Sequence record: NC_019407.1
Length of the DNA: 64,000 nucleotides
Strand: one strand, 5' to 3'
Shown: positions 33,486 to 42,326 of the stretch, piece after piece
How positions within the stretch are numbered: position 1 is the first letter of the stretch
Layout: each line of letters starts with the position of its first letter
The notes under the pieces: generated by a model
Database searches by the model: none
Told to the model about the DNA's origin: nothing
Seen by the model: the letters and a program-made list of their open reading frames with translations, nothing else
Position numbers and translations under genes: made by a program

Positions 33486-34464
33486 GAGCGGCTTCCTCCT
33501 TCTGCTTCTTGGACCGCAGGTCGCGGCGGTGCTTAAAGGCCGCGCGCAGGGCCTGGGTGGTGTCGTCGTGCATGCCCAGGTCCGCCCCATCGGGCGCGAC
33601 CACGCTGTTCTGGAGGCCGAACCGATAGCCCTCGGCCGTCAGTTCGTAGACCGCCTGCTCCTCGTGCATCTGGGCGAGGTGGCGATAATATTCGGCCAGC
33701 GCCAGTTCGTAGTCGCCCAGGAAGAGGCGCGCGTTGCGCTCGACGCCGGCGACCTCGGCGCGGAAGGTCAGCAGGAACCGCCCAGGCCCGACATGCGTCA
33801 GCTTGTAGCCGTGTTCGGCCAGCACCTCGTCGACGGTCTTGGTGACCGTGTAGATGTGGAAGGTGTAGACGGCTTCGATGTGGGTGTCGTCGTAGAGATA
33901 CTCGGACCGGTTTTGATGCTCGCCGATGTAGGGACCCCACTTGTGGTAGCGCCAGCCGCCGGACGCGGGCTGGTGCTCACGCCGGACTTCCACCATCGAG
34001 ATGAAGTAGGGCGTGTCCGGATCGTCGATCAGGTCGGGGATGCAGGCGAGAAGCTGCTCGGAGCTGTCGCAGACGCCGTAGCTTTCGACCAGATAGGGGA
34101 TGCGCCTATAGCCCTCGGGGACCGGCGGGACCTCGTCCAGGTACTCGGTGTCGAGCACCTCGATCTTGTACTTGTCGTGGAGCAGCTTGATCCGCGCCTC
34201 GCGGCGGTCTCCGTCGGCCTTGATCCAGGCCCGGACCGCAGCGCTGCGTTCCTCCTCGGTCTGCCCGCGTTCGTAGGGCGGACCCCACTTGCTGTCGAGG
34301 TCCTCGATCTTTTCGACGATCTCGTACTCGGGATTCCAGGAGCCCATCGAGTAGACGCCCTGGTGGAGGCGAATGGGCTTGCGGGCGCGGTTGTTCATTT
34401 CCGCGATCATCTTGGCGATCGGGTCGACTTCCGAGGCGGGGCGCAGGGTGATGTCGTAGAGCAT
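33478..34464 (-). CDS. Hypothetical protein, 328 aa (MLYDITLRP...)
   Basis: YGVCDS..Q...GGWRYHKWGPYIG phage-type segment. Confidence 0.75.
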   Translation of the reverse strand: MLYDITLRPASEVDPIAKMIAEMNNRARKPIRLHQGVYSMGSWNPEYEIVEKIEDLDSKWGPPYERGQTEEERSAAVRAWIKADGDRREARIKLLHDKYKIEVLDTEYLDEVPPVPEGYRRIPYLVESYGVCDSSEQLLACIPDLIDDPDTPYFISMVEVRREHQPASGGWRYHKWGPYIGEHQNRSEYLYDDTHIEAVYTFHIYTVTKTVDEVLAEHGYKLTHVGPGRFLLTFRAEVAGVERNARLFLGDYELALAEYYRHLAQMHEEQAVYELTAEGYRFGLQNSVVAPDGADLGMHDDTTQALRAAFKHRRDLRSKKQKEEAAHG

Positions 34465-34745
34465 CAGGCGGCGCCCTGGGCGATTTCGTAGGTGATCTTC
34501 GAGACGCCGATATCGACCACGAACCGGTCGGGCGAGCCGTCGAACACGTAGTTGGCCTGACACCCAATCGGCATCATCTTGCCGTTGTCCATCCAGATCG
34601 CGTCCGGCGTGGCCTCGACCACGCCGCGCACCTGCGCCTGGGCCGGAGAAGGTTGCATCTCCACGCCGCCCACGGTGATCGCCACGGCCGCGAGACGCGC
34701 GCCCGGCTGGTTCAACTTGGCGATCAGGTCCTGGATCGAGTTCAC
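34464..34745 (-). CDS. Hypothetical protein, 93 aa (GTG start)
   Basis: AAGGAGG SD after the promoter at 34800. Confidence 0.75.
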   Translation of the reverse strand: MNSIQDLIAKLNQPGARLAAVAITVGGVEMQPSPAQAQVRGVVEATPDAIWMDNGKMMPIGCQANYVFDGSPDRFVVDIGVSKITYEIAQGAA

Positions 34746-34747
34746 GC

Positions 34748-34819
34748 GGCCTCCTTCTGTCGTTGTGTCGACATAAGCTCTAGCCGTGGTTTTCCGGCCT
34801 GTCAACACACAACCGCCAA
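34748..34819 (-). promoter_or_regulatory. Conserved promoter
   Basis: TTGGC-N6-GTGTTGACA-N17-TAGAGC...ACAACGACAGAAGGAGG. Confidence 0.85.
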
Positions 34820-34824
34820 GGGTC

Positions 34825-34856
34825 AAAAGAAAACCGCCGCCCCGAAGGACGGCGGT
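34825..34856 (-). terminator. Intrinsic terminator with a cUUCGg loop
   Basis: ACCGCCGTCC-TTCG-GGGCGGCGGT-TTTCTTTT. Confidence 0.88.
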
Positions 34857-34882
34857 CATGACAGAGCATGTCAGGAGGGACG

Positions 34883-37006
34883 TCAGACGTCCAGAGCGAA
34901 GGCCGGCGGGGAGACGTCCGGCTTCTGAATGATGAATCCCCGATCCAAGAGGGGCGGGAAGACCTGCTTGAGCACGCCGGCCGCGACCCCGGCTTCCTCG
35001 GCGATTTCGGCGAACGTGAAGGCCTCGCGCTGACCGGCGCTGGCGACAAACAGATCGTTGAGCGCCAGGATCACCGCGCCCGCCGGACTGATCTCGTAGG
35101 CCATGTCGAAATTCGGGTCTTCCGACAGCCGCAGCAGGCCTTCCGCCTCCAGGTTCGCGATGAGCGCCTTGAGTTGGTCGACCTTGACCGCGCCAAGATG
35201 GGTTTGGATTTCCCAGGGCGCCGCCGGCTCCTCGGCGCGCACGGCTTGCAGCGTCGCGATCAAGGCGATCGCCGGCATGGCCCGCACGATCATCTCGTCG
35301 CCAACCGTCAGGTCCGGGGTGTTGACCAGCAGGTCATTGATCACCGCGTCGCCGTGGGTCTCGACATAGGTCCGCAGCCGCTTGAGGGCGACCAGGAAAT
35401 CGTCCTTGGTGATCGGCTCGATGCGGAAGGTCAGGAGCGGGTCGGTCGGAATCTCCGAGAAGTAGGCCCGACCCCGGTGGCTCCAGCCCTCGACCACATG
35501 CAGGAAGAGATCGATCGGCATGGCGACGGCGCCAAAGCCCAGTCGCGCATCGTCCGTCGCCTCCTCGACCTGCGCCAAGGCGTTGTCGATCGCTTCGAGC
35601 GTGAAGCCCCCGACAAGGCCGTTTTCCGCCGCGTCCAGCACGTTGGCCGCTTCTTCGGTGCCGAGCCCTTCGACGACCATTTCCGAGGCCTCCTGAGCCG
35701 TTTCCTGCGGCAGGGCGTCGGCGAGCTTGCTCATCGCCTCGGCGACGCCGCTCGTGTCGAGTTCCAGCTTCAGGGCCAGCTTCTCGGGACGCGCCGAGTA
35801 GGGCACGCCCTGGATCACCACGGCGCCCAGGTCGCCGACGACGCGCTTGGTCACTTCCAGATAGGCGTAGCGCGAGGCGGCGTTGAGCAGCGACAGCCGT
35901 TCGAAGACGATCTGCTGCTCCTGCTCGCGCGACAGGATGCCCGTCTCCAGGATGAACAGCGGCTCGGAGCCATCCAGCGGGGGCTTGGCCTCGCCGTCGT
36001 CTTCCGGAAGGTCCTCGTCGAAATCGGCGCCGCTGATCGGCTCGCTCTCCGGCGGGGTGAAGCGGATGCCCGGCTCGCGGGGCGGTTCGGCGGGAGTGGC
36101 GTCGTCGAGAGGCATGTCGGTCCTTTGAGGCTTGGAGGTGATGAAGAGCGTGGTGAGATCGACGTCCCAGACCCCGCGCCCGTCGGTGAAGAGCGCCATG
36201 AAGGTCCCCAGGCGCGCATCCCAGCGGATGGTCTGGATCACGCCGTTGACGTCGCCATAGACGCCGGTCGCCCCCACGAGTTCATCGCGCAGGACCTCCG
36301 CATGGTCGTGGCACTCACCAAGCGTCGCCGGACGCACGGCGTGGAACGGGTATTGCTGATAGGCGCCCGGCGGCGAGACGAGGCGGACATTGACGTAGAG
36401 CGGCCCCAGATAGGTGTGGGCGTCGCGCAGGAAGCCGACCACGGTCTCCCCGTCGTTCTGGGTCGCCACCACGGGCATGCCGGCGCAGTTAGCCGTCAGG
36501 ACCGCCGGATAGTCCTGGGGATAGGCCACGGCGTAAAGGTGGAGATGATCACCCCGACGCTGGGCCTTCCAGTCGGCGACGCGACCGGCCGGCACGCGCG
36601 TGGCCCCAAACTCCGGCGTCTCCTCGATCAAGACGCCGCCGTCCGGAAGGTCCGCCTGCCCGACGTAAGGAACGACCTCGCTATGGCTGACGCTCCAGGC
36701 GGGCTTGGGAAATTGCGGGGTGATCATGATCTTCTCGGTGAAGGTGAGATTGATGGCGTCGGCGTAGTGGACATACGGGCCGACCGGGGTAGTCCAGGGC
36801 GGATCGCCCTTGCGGATGTCCGACAGCGGCACCGCGACGTGCCTGCCGTTGGGCTGGACGATGTCGGCCAGGATGCGCGGCGGCTGGTGAATCAGGGTCA
36901 CGACGTGCCCCTCGCCCGCCTCGAAGGTGCGGCTCTTGGGCCACCAGACCTTGGACCCGGTCCAGTGGATCGACTGGATGACGAGGTCTTGTTCGGTCCC
37001 GATCAT
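34883..37006 (-). CDS. Large multidomain hypothetical protein, 707 aa, with wHTH-like C-terminus
   Basis: Long ORF with acidic linker; LEAEGLL...YEISPAG and FTFAEIAEEAGV..GVLKQVF..LLDRGFI. Confidence 0.72.
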   Translation of the reverse strand: MIGTEQDLVIQSIHWTGSKVWWPKSRTFEAGEGHVVTLIHQPPRILADIVQPNGRHVAVPLSDIRKGDPPWTTPVGPYVHYADAINLTFTEKIMITPQFPKPAWSVSHSEVVPYVGQADLPDGGVLIEETPEFGATRVPAGRVADWKAQRRGDHLHLYAVAYPQDYPAVLTANCAGMPVVATQNDGETVVGFLRDAHTYLGPLYVNVRLVSPPGAYQQYPFHAVRPATLGECHDHAEVLRDELVGATGVYGDVNGVIQTIRWDARLGTFMALFTDGRGVWDVDLTTLFITSKPQRTDMPLDDATPAEPPREPGIRFTPPESEPISGADFDEDLPEDDGEAKPPLDGSEPLFILETGILSREQEQQIVFERLSLLNAASRYAYLEVTKRVVGDLGAVVIQGVPYSARPEKLALKLELDTSGVAEAMSKLADALPQETAQEASEMVVEGLGTEEAANVLDAAENGLVGGFTLEAIDNALAQVEEATDDARLGFGAVAMPIDLFLHVVEGWSHRGRAYFSEIPTDPLLTFRIEPITKDDFLVALKRLRTYVETHGDAVINDLLVNTPDLTVGDEMIVRAMPAIALIATLQAVRAEEPAAPWEIQTHLGAVKVDQLKALIANLEAEGLLRLSEDPNFDMAYEISPAGAVILALNDLFVASAGQREAFTFAEIAEEAGVAAGVLKQVFPPLLDRGFIIQKPDVSPPAFALDV

Positions 37007-37428
37007 GCGGACGCCGCCGCGCCGGCCGGCGTCAAGCCGTAGATGGTGGGGCCTCGCGGCGACTTGCCGATCGCGACCACTTCCAGATAGCCCATATTGT
37101 TCAAAGCCTTTGCCGTTTCATGATCGGGATGGTCGGTGAAGACGTTGAGCCGCCCGCCTTCGCCCATCGCCTGGGCGGCGCGCAGAAGGCTCGCCTCGGC
37201 TTCGGTCAGGGTGACCAGGGCGACGTCCTCCAGCGCCACGTCGATCACGCAGGTCTGACCCTGATGAACGAACTCGATGATCGCCAGCCGGCGATAGGTC
37301 CCCGGCAGGACCGCGAGGCAGACGCCTCGGACCTCGACCTTCTGGCGGGCGGTGATCGGGAGATAGAGGCTCGTCTTGACGGCCTTGCCCTTGAGGGACA
37401 GATGCTCGTGCGTCGCCAGCGGGATCAT
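37003..37428 (-). CDS. Hypothetical protein with a wHTH-like C-terminus
   Basis: AKALNNMGYLEV...YGLTPAG; ATGA overlaps. Confidence 0.65.
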   Translation of the reverse strand: MIPLATHEHLSLKGKAVKTSLYLPITARQKVEVRGVCLAVLPGTYRRLAIIEFVHQGQTCVIDVALEDVALVTLTEAEASLLRAAQAMGEGGRLNVFTDHPDHETAKALNNMGYLEVVAIGKSPRGPTIYGLTPAGAAASA

Positions 37429-37670
37429 GGCTCGACCTTCCGGACAGTGTAGGAGAATTCGTCGTGGACGCGACCGTCGAAACTAGCCTCGTAGCCGGGG
37501 CCGAGTTCGGCCAGGATGCGCGCCTCGATCTCGGCGAAGTCGATTTTCGCCATCGCCTGTTCGGCCGCCCGCATCTGCTGGAGGAAGCCGTCCTTGATCT
37601 GGCGCCCCGCCTCGGTGCGGATCGGGATGTTCTGGATCGGCGGCTCGGATTTCGACAGACGCTCGCCCAT
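37425..37670 (-). CDS. Hypothetical protein, 81 aa (MGERLSKS...)
   Basis: Start overlaps the GcrA stop. Confidence 0.65.
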   Translation of the reverse strand: MGERLSKSEPPIQNIPIRTEAGRQIKDGFLQQMRAAEQAMAKIDFAEIEARILAELGPGYEASFDGRVHDEFSYTVRKVEP

Positions 37671-38218
37671 CAGGCCCTCCGGCGATAGACCCGCACCGGG
37701 CGGGTGGGGAGGCGTTTCTCGGGCGGCTTGTAGGCGACCAGAGCATGGCTGATGCAGTAGACGCCCGCCTCGGCGCGGCACCCGCAATGGCCAAAGTCCG
37801 GCGAGTTCGGGTCGCCATAGGGCCAGCGGCACATTCCGCGCTTGAGTTCGGCCGTCGCGAACAGCCGCGCCGGGCGCGGCGGGATGACCGCCGTTCCTTC
37901 GGGGACCAGGGCGAGCTTGGGCTTGGCCGGCGGAGCGGGCTTTTCGACCTTCTTGGGCTTGCGCGCCGTGGCCTTCTTGACCTTGCGGACCTGGATGCCC
38001 AGGCCGCGCGTCTTCTTGCGGCGGGCGGTCGGAGGCGGAACCTTCTCGCCCAGTTCGCCGGCGGCCTTCAGTCGGTCGGCCTTGCCGCAGACGGCGCTCT
38101 TGGTGCGCGGCACGCTCAGGCGCTGACCGATCTCCTTGGTCCCGACCGGCTCCGCCCAGAGCTTCTTGAGCAGGGCGATGTCCTCGTCCGGCCAGTCGGA
38201 ATTCCGCTTCTTCACCAC
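37670..38218 (-). CDS. gcrA: GcrA cell-cycle regulator homolog (sigma70 cofactor)
   Basis: N-terminal W.DE.I..LKKLW...EI..RL...TKSAV.GK..RL; C-terminal MCRWPYGDP...FG.CG...YC..HA.VAY. Confidence 0.9.
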   Translation of the reverse strand: MVKKRNSDWPDEDIALLKKLWAEPVGTKEIGQRLSVPRTKSAVCGKADRLKAAGELGEKVPPPTARRKKTRGLGIQVRKVKKATARKPKKVEKPAPPAKPKLALVPEGTAVIPPRPARLFATAELKRGMCRWPYGDPNSPDFGHCGCRAEAGVYCISHALVAYKPPEKRLPTRPVRVYRRRA

Positions 38219-38225
38219 GCTTGCA

Positions 38226-38405
38226 CTACTCCTTGATCTCGACGCTCTTGGGCGGATTGGGATGAGGAACGAAGACCAGGGCCACGTCCTGACCGCCGGT
38301 ATAGCGCGTGCGCCGACTGTAGAGCCAGCCGCCTTCCACCGCCAACCGCTCGGTCACCTGACCATCGGCTTCGTCGATCTTTTCCCACTTGGACTTCTTA
38401 GCCAT
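38226..38405 (-). CDS. Small protein, 59 aa (MAKKSKWEKIDEADGQVTERLAVEGGWLYS...FVPHP)
   Basis: GAGGGG SD; just below the ORF-track cutoff; apparent paralog of 45624-45920. Confidence 0.72.
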   Translation of the reverse strand: MAKKSKWEKIDEADGQVTERLAVEGGWLYSRRTRYTGGQDVALVFVPHPNPPKSVEIKE

Positions 38406-38426
38406 CTTCCCCTCGAATTTGGCGGC

Positions 38427-38455
38427 ACCCTAGAGGAGCGTTCGAGTGTTGACAA
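38427..38455 (-). promoter_or_regulatory. Leftward promoter of the divergence (drives 38226-38405 and gcrA)
   Basis: TTGTCA-N17-TAGGGT on the minus strand, made from the first copy of the TTCGAGTGTTGACAAG repeat. Confidence 0.55.
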
Positions 38456-38467
38456 GCACCAATGTCG

Positions 38468-38534
38468 CTGGCTTTCGAGTGTTGACAAGTCCGGTGCTCG
38501 TCTATAGGGGAGACCGGGACGACAACGAAAGGAG
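38468..38534 (+). promoter_or_regulatory. First rightward conserved promoter
   Basis: CTGGC-N6-GTGTTGACA-N17-TAGGGG-N8-ACGACAACGAAAGGAG. Confidence 0.88.
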
Positions 38535-38540
38535 CCTGCC

Positions 38541-38849
38541 ATGCGCTATGTGCTCGACTATGCCGACGACCGGGACAAGCCGGTCTACACCGATTTCCAG
38601 GCCGGCGACCGCAAGGCGGCCATCGCCAAGGCCAAGCGCCTGCTCGCCAAGGCGATCAAGACCGTCGATTTCTCGCTCCACGGGGCCTATATCTTCGTCG
38701 ATCCGACGGGCGTCGCCCGCGACGTCGACGACATGATCCCGTTCGGGATGCTGAGCACGATGGCCTACGCCAGCATCATCACCCCGTCGATGATCTCGTT
38801 CGACGACCGCGACGCCAAGGCGGCGATCGCCGCGAGGCTCGCCCAATGA
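38541..38849 (+). CDS. Hypothetical protein, 102 aa
   Basis: AAAGGAG SD after the promoter. Confidence 0.8.
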   Translation: MRYVLDYADDRDKPVYTDFQAGDRKAAIAKAKRLLAKAIKTVDFSLHGAYIFVDPTGVARDVDDMIPFGMLSTMAYASIITPSMISFDDRDAKAAIAARLAQ

Positions 38850-39058
38850 TGGATCGTCAGGACGTCAAGCCCGGCTTCATCTATCGCGGCGGCAAGAACG
38901 GAACCCTGCGTCAGATCGTGAGCTATGGGGCGACCGAGGATTTCGTCTGCTGGGCCAATCCCCACGATCGCCTGCCCTACGGCGGCTTCATCTCCACCAT
39001 CTGCACGTCCAGGACGTCGTTCGCCCGCTGGGCCGACAAGATCGAGGAAGAGGTCTGA
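38846..39058 (+). CDS. Hypothetical protein, 70 aa
   Basis: ATGA overlap. Confidence 0.7.
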   Translation: MMDRQDVKPGFIYRGGKNGTLRQIVSYGATEDFVCWANPHDRLPYGGFISTICTSRTSFARWADKIEEEV

Positions 39059-39330
39059 TGAACACCTTCTTCCTCCGGCAGACCAAACGGGATGAGCAGG
39101 GTCGACGCTACTTTGAGTTCGTCGATCCTGACCTGACCCAGCGCCTCTATGTCCGCAAGCCGCCGGACGACTGGTCCGAGGGCTTCCCGATCGTCCTGGA
39201 GGACTTCGTCGATGGCAAGCCCGCCGGCTCCATCATCTGCCCGGCCGGGAAGAAGCGGGGGCACGGCTTCGCGGCCTTCTTCAAGGCCAACCCCAAGGAT
39301 TTCCGCAAGCTCAAGAAAGGTCGCCTATGA
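39058..39330 (+). CDS. Hypothetical protein, 90 aa
   Basis: TGATG overlap. Confidence 0.7.
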   Translation: MNTFFLRQTKRDEQGRRYFEFVDPDLTQRLYVRKPPDDWSEGFPIVLEDFVDGKPAGSIICPAGKKRGHGFAAFFKANPKDFRKLKKGRL

Positions 39331-39584
39331 GGATTCCCCAGCCCGTCGAGTTCACCGTGGCCGACCTCATCGCCCACCTCGCGACCCTGCCCCAGGACGC
39401 CAAGGTCGGCGTGCGCGGCGGGTTCGGGGGCTTCCGGCCGCTCGACGAGATCGCCCCGATCGAACTCGTCACCTTCTACGGCGAGACCGACGTCGACCGC
39501 ATGACGCTGGCGACCGCCGACCCCATCGCCATCAACTGGAAGGGCAAGCGCGGCGAGCCCTTCACGGCCATCATTCTCGACTAG
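39327..39584 (+). CDS. Hypothetical protein, 85 aa
   Basis: ATGA overlap. Confidence 0.7.
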   Translation: MRIPQPVEFTVADLIAHLATLPQDAKVGVRGGFGGFRPLDEIAPIELVTFYGETDVDRMTLATADPIAINWKGKRGEPFTAIILD

Positions 39585-39592
39585 GAGGACCC

Positions 39593-39832
39593 ATGACCAA
39601 CCGTGTCTGGATTGAACTCGAACCGTCCGCGTCCGAGGGCCACGCCCGCGCCGCCGCCGCGTCGGCCATGCTGAAGCGCCTGGGTGTCGACGTCGGCGTC
39701 CACAAGCCGGTGTTCTGGCACGAGCGCAATGAGCGCTACTGCTTCACGCTCGACGCCTCGGGCGTCTACGTCGAGGCCGAGGACCACGGCCACTGGTACA
39801 ACCTCGATTTCCTGGCGGGCGCCGATGTCTGA
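39593..39832 (+). CDS. Hypothetical protein, 79 aa (MTNRVWIE...)
   Basis: AGGAGG SD. Confidence 0.7.
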   Translation: MTNRVWIELEPSASEGHARAAAASAMLKRLGVDVGVHKPVFWHERNERYCFTLDASGVYVEAEDHGHWYNLDFLAGADV

Positions 39833-40220
39833 GGTCTTCCCGCCGATCCGCCCCCGCGAGGCCAGGGACGAGGAAATCCACGGCTTCGTCGTCCGCTACG
39901 GCTGGTTCTGGAACGTGACCCTGCTGAACGGCACGATCCTGGCCTTCGATCCCGACGATGTCGACCCCTGCCGCTACGGCGTGACGGGCAAGGACGACTT
40001 CCGCAACCTCGCCGGCGCGCCCGAGACGATCGCGTCCTACGAGTGCGTCCAGGGCTGGCACGCCAAGGCCAAGCACCTCTCGGGCTGGACCGAACGTCAT
40101 GACGACCGGCTCGAAGCCCTGCGGACGGCCTATCGCCGCCTGGAGGAGCAGCGCGAGCGCAACAGCCGCGCCCTGGAGGAGCACGGCGGCATCTTCAAGT
40201 TTCTGGAAGGTCAGGACTGA
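39825..40220 (+). CDS. Hypothetical protein, 131 aa (MSEVFPP...)
   Basis: Overlap-coupled start. Confidence 0.65.
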   Translation: MSEVFPPIRPREARDEEIHGFVVRYGWFWNVTLLNGTILAFDPDDVDPCRYGVTGKDDFRNLAGAPETIASYECVQGWHAKAKHLSGWTERHDDRLEALRTAYRRLEEQRERNSRALEEHGGIFKFLEGQD

Positions 40221-40462
40221 TGCAGAGGACCCTCCATTCGACCGGCCAGGAACTCTCGGTCAAGTTCAAGTTCCCCAATGAAAACCTGACCTTGACCGTG
40301 CATGCCGAACAGGACAGCCCGATGGCGTTCCTCTGGGTCGAAGGTCGCTCGGTCGACTATTTCGAGAAGCTCCTGAGCTTCGAGCCGGCCGATCTCGATC
40401 TCTTGATCGCCACCCTGTCCGAGGCGCGCAAGATGATCCGCGAGCGCGAGCCGCAGGTCTGA
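40220..40462 (+). CDS. Hypothetical protein, 80 aa
   Basis: TGATG overlap. Confidence 0.7.
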   Translation: MQRTLHSTGQELSVKFKFPNENLTLTVHAEQDSPMAFLWVEGRSVDYFEKLLSFEPADLDLLIATLSEARKMIREREPQV

Positions 40463-40463
40463 C

Positions 40464-40718
40464 ATGCTGACCAAGGACGAGATCACCTTCGCGGGCCTGA
40501 TCAAGGCCATGGAGGACGCCCGCCGCACCGCCAAGGCGGCGGGCGATCTCGTCAGCACGGCCGAGATCGACCGCTGGTTCAAGGAACACGCGCCGATCAT
40601 CCGGGAGGTCCGCGACAAGGCCGAGGCCGACGAATTCGACGCTGGCGCGAGAGTGTTGACAACCTCTGAGGAAGGGGCTAAAGACACCCTCGACGACAGC
40701 GAAAGGAGCCTGCCTTGA
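40464..40718 (+). CDS. Hypothetical protein, 84 aa
   Basis: Its 3' end contains the next promoter. Confidence 0.65.
   Translation: MLTKDEITFAGLIKAMEDARRTAKAAGDLVSTAEIDRWFKEHAPIIREVRDKAEADEFDAGARVLTTSEEGAKDTLDDSERSLP
40642..40707 (+). promoter_or_regulatory. Conserved promoter
   Basis: CTGGC-GCGAGA-GTGTTGACA-N17-TAAAGA-N8-ACGACAGCGAAAGGAG. Confidence 0.85.
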
Positions 40719-41734
40719 CCGACTTCCCGATCATCCGCGCCGCCATCTCGCCCCGCCGGGCCGCCCAATTCGACGCCGCCCTGGCGAACGTGAAGGCCTT
40801 CACCGAGGAAGGCGTCCTGATCAAGGCCGAGTGGAACGACATCAAGGACACGTTCAGCCGCGCGATCGCCGAGACCTGGGACGCGTTCAAGGACAAGGAA
40901 TACTACCCCCGCGCCCGCCAGGGCGAGCACGAGAACGTCGGCAAGCTCTACTGGGAGCTTCTGAGCCCCTACCCCCATGTCCTGGCCGGCTATCTGAAGA
41001 AGGTCCAGAACGCCAAGAACATCGAGCCGGCGATCCTGCGCGACTTCCCGATCGCCTTCTTCAGCGAGGCCCTGCCGCTCAACGACATGCTGGTCGCCCT
41101 GAAGCCGCTGATCGGCAAGCGCGCGCCGAAGAAGACCAAGGTCCAGATCGAGCGCGAGGGCAAGGAGCGGACCTGTCAGGTCTGCGGTCGCGGCATCCTG
41201 GCCGAGAACGGTCGGATCGCCCACCATGGCTATCAGCGCCCCGGCATGGGCTATCAGACCCCCTCGTGCAGCGGCGCCCTGGAACTGCCCTTCGAGATCA
41301 GCCGCGACGCCCTGGGCGCCGACATCGAAAACCTCAAGGCCTATCGCGCCCGCCGGCAGACCTATCGCTCCGACGTCAACCTGGAACTGGTCAGCCTGCC
41401 GGTCAAGTATCAGGTCTCCGAGCAGGACCCGCGCCGCGCGCCGGGCTTCAAGCACGTGGTCGACAAGATGATCCACGTCACCCGCGCCGACTGGGACGCC
41501 CAGAAGGCCGAAACCCCCGAGGCCTTCGCCGGCAAGTACGGGCCGCGCAAGCCCAACTACACCTACGAGCCCTTCACCTTCGACGCCCTGAAGGCCCAGG
41601 TCCTGGGCGTGGTCGACGGCGAGATCGAGTTCATCACCGGCACGATCCGGGCGCAGCAGAAGCGCTATGACGACTGGAAGCAGACGATGGAGTTCGTCGA
41701 TGGCCAGTACCGGATGCTGGAGGTCGCGGCTTGA
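40715..41734 (+). CDS. Hypothetical protein, 339 aa, with a Zn-binding motif
   Basis: TCQVCGR...HHGYQRP.....SC.G; TTG start after AAAGGAG. Confidence 0.8.
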   Translation: MTDFPIIRAAISPRRAAQFDAALANVKAFTEEGVLIKAEWNDIKDTFSRAIAETWDAFKDKEYYPRARQGEHENVGKLYWELLSPYPHVLAGYLKKVQNAKNIEPAILRDFPIAFFSEALPLNDMLVALKPLIGKRAPKKTKVQIEREGKERTCQVCGRGILAENGRIAHHGYQRPGMGYQTPSCSGALELPFEISRDALGADIENLKAYRARRQTYRSDVNLELVSLPVKYQVSEQDPRRAPGFKHVVDKMIHVTRADWDAQKAETPEAFAGKYGPRKPNYTYEPFTFDALKAQVLGVVDGEIEFITGTIRAQQKRYDDWKQTMEFVDGQYRMLEVAA

Positions 41735-41931
41735 GCGGCGTCGACACCGAAAGCTACAAGGAGGTCCGCATGCTGACGCTTCAGGCCGCCGCGCTTCTCA
41801 CGCGCCTCGTCGCCGAACGGGACGCGGCCAGCGGCGCGCATAAGACCGGCATGCGTAAGCTCGTCCTCAAGGCCGAGGAGGCTTACAACGCCTGCTTGAG
41901 CATGGAAGAACTCATGGACGGAGCCGTCTGA
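41731..41931 (+). CDS. Hypothetical protein, 66 aa
   Basis: TTGA overlap. Confidence 0.55.
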   Translation: MSGVDTESYKEVRMLTLQAAALLTRLVAERDAASGAHKTGMRKLVLKAEEAYNACLSMEELMDGAV

Positions 41932-42326
41932 TGCGCTTCACCTCCCAGACCCAGCCCCACTGCCGCTGCTGCGCCAAGCCGATCAAGAAGCACACCCGCC
42001 GGCACTATTTCGGCTCCAGGGAAGCCAAGGACAACGGTTGGTCGCTCGACCGGATCGAGACCCCGATGTCGGAGGACGAACTGCGCCGGCTGGTGAACGG
42101 TCATATCGTCTCGTTCGCCTGGAGCCACGACGTCACCTACGACGCCAACTACAAGGCCGTGCGGAAGAAGACCCACATCGCCTGGGCCAACGTCTGGGAC
42201 GGCGAGACCTACGAGGACGGTTATTTCTGCACCCTGCGGTGCGCCGCCGCGTTCGGGAGCATGGTCGCCGAGCACTATCCCGATATCCACACCCAGGCCT
42301 ACGCCGACTTCAAGGACAAGCGATGA
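41931..42326 (+). CDS. Zn-finger-like protein, 131 aa
   Basis: CRCC...YFCTLRCA. Confidence 0.7.
   Translation: MRFTSQTQPHCRCCAKPIKKHTRRHYFGSREAKDNGWSLDRIETPMSEDELRRLVNGHIVSFAWSHDVTYDANYKAVRKKTHIAWANVWDGETYEDGYFCTLRCAAAFGSMVAEHYPDIHTQAYADFKDKR

Noticed and set aside
34859-34873. TGACA-N5-TGTCA inverted repeat as an operator
   Set aside because: Only 5 bp per arm, single occurrence, and it lies between a stop codon and a terminator
34868-37042. Very long opposite-strand ORFs (also 59533-61827, 11290-12954, 3176-4585, 15799-17229, 40211-41476, 43831-45201)
   Set aside because: Antisense shadows of real genes caused by GC-rich codon bias; no SD, promoter or recognisable motifs
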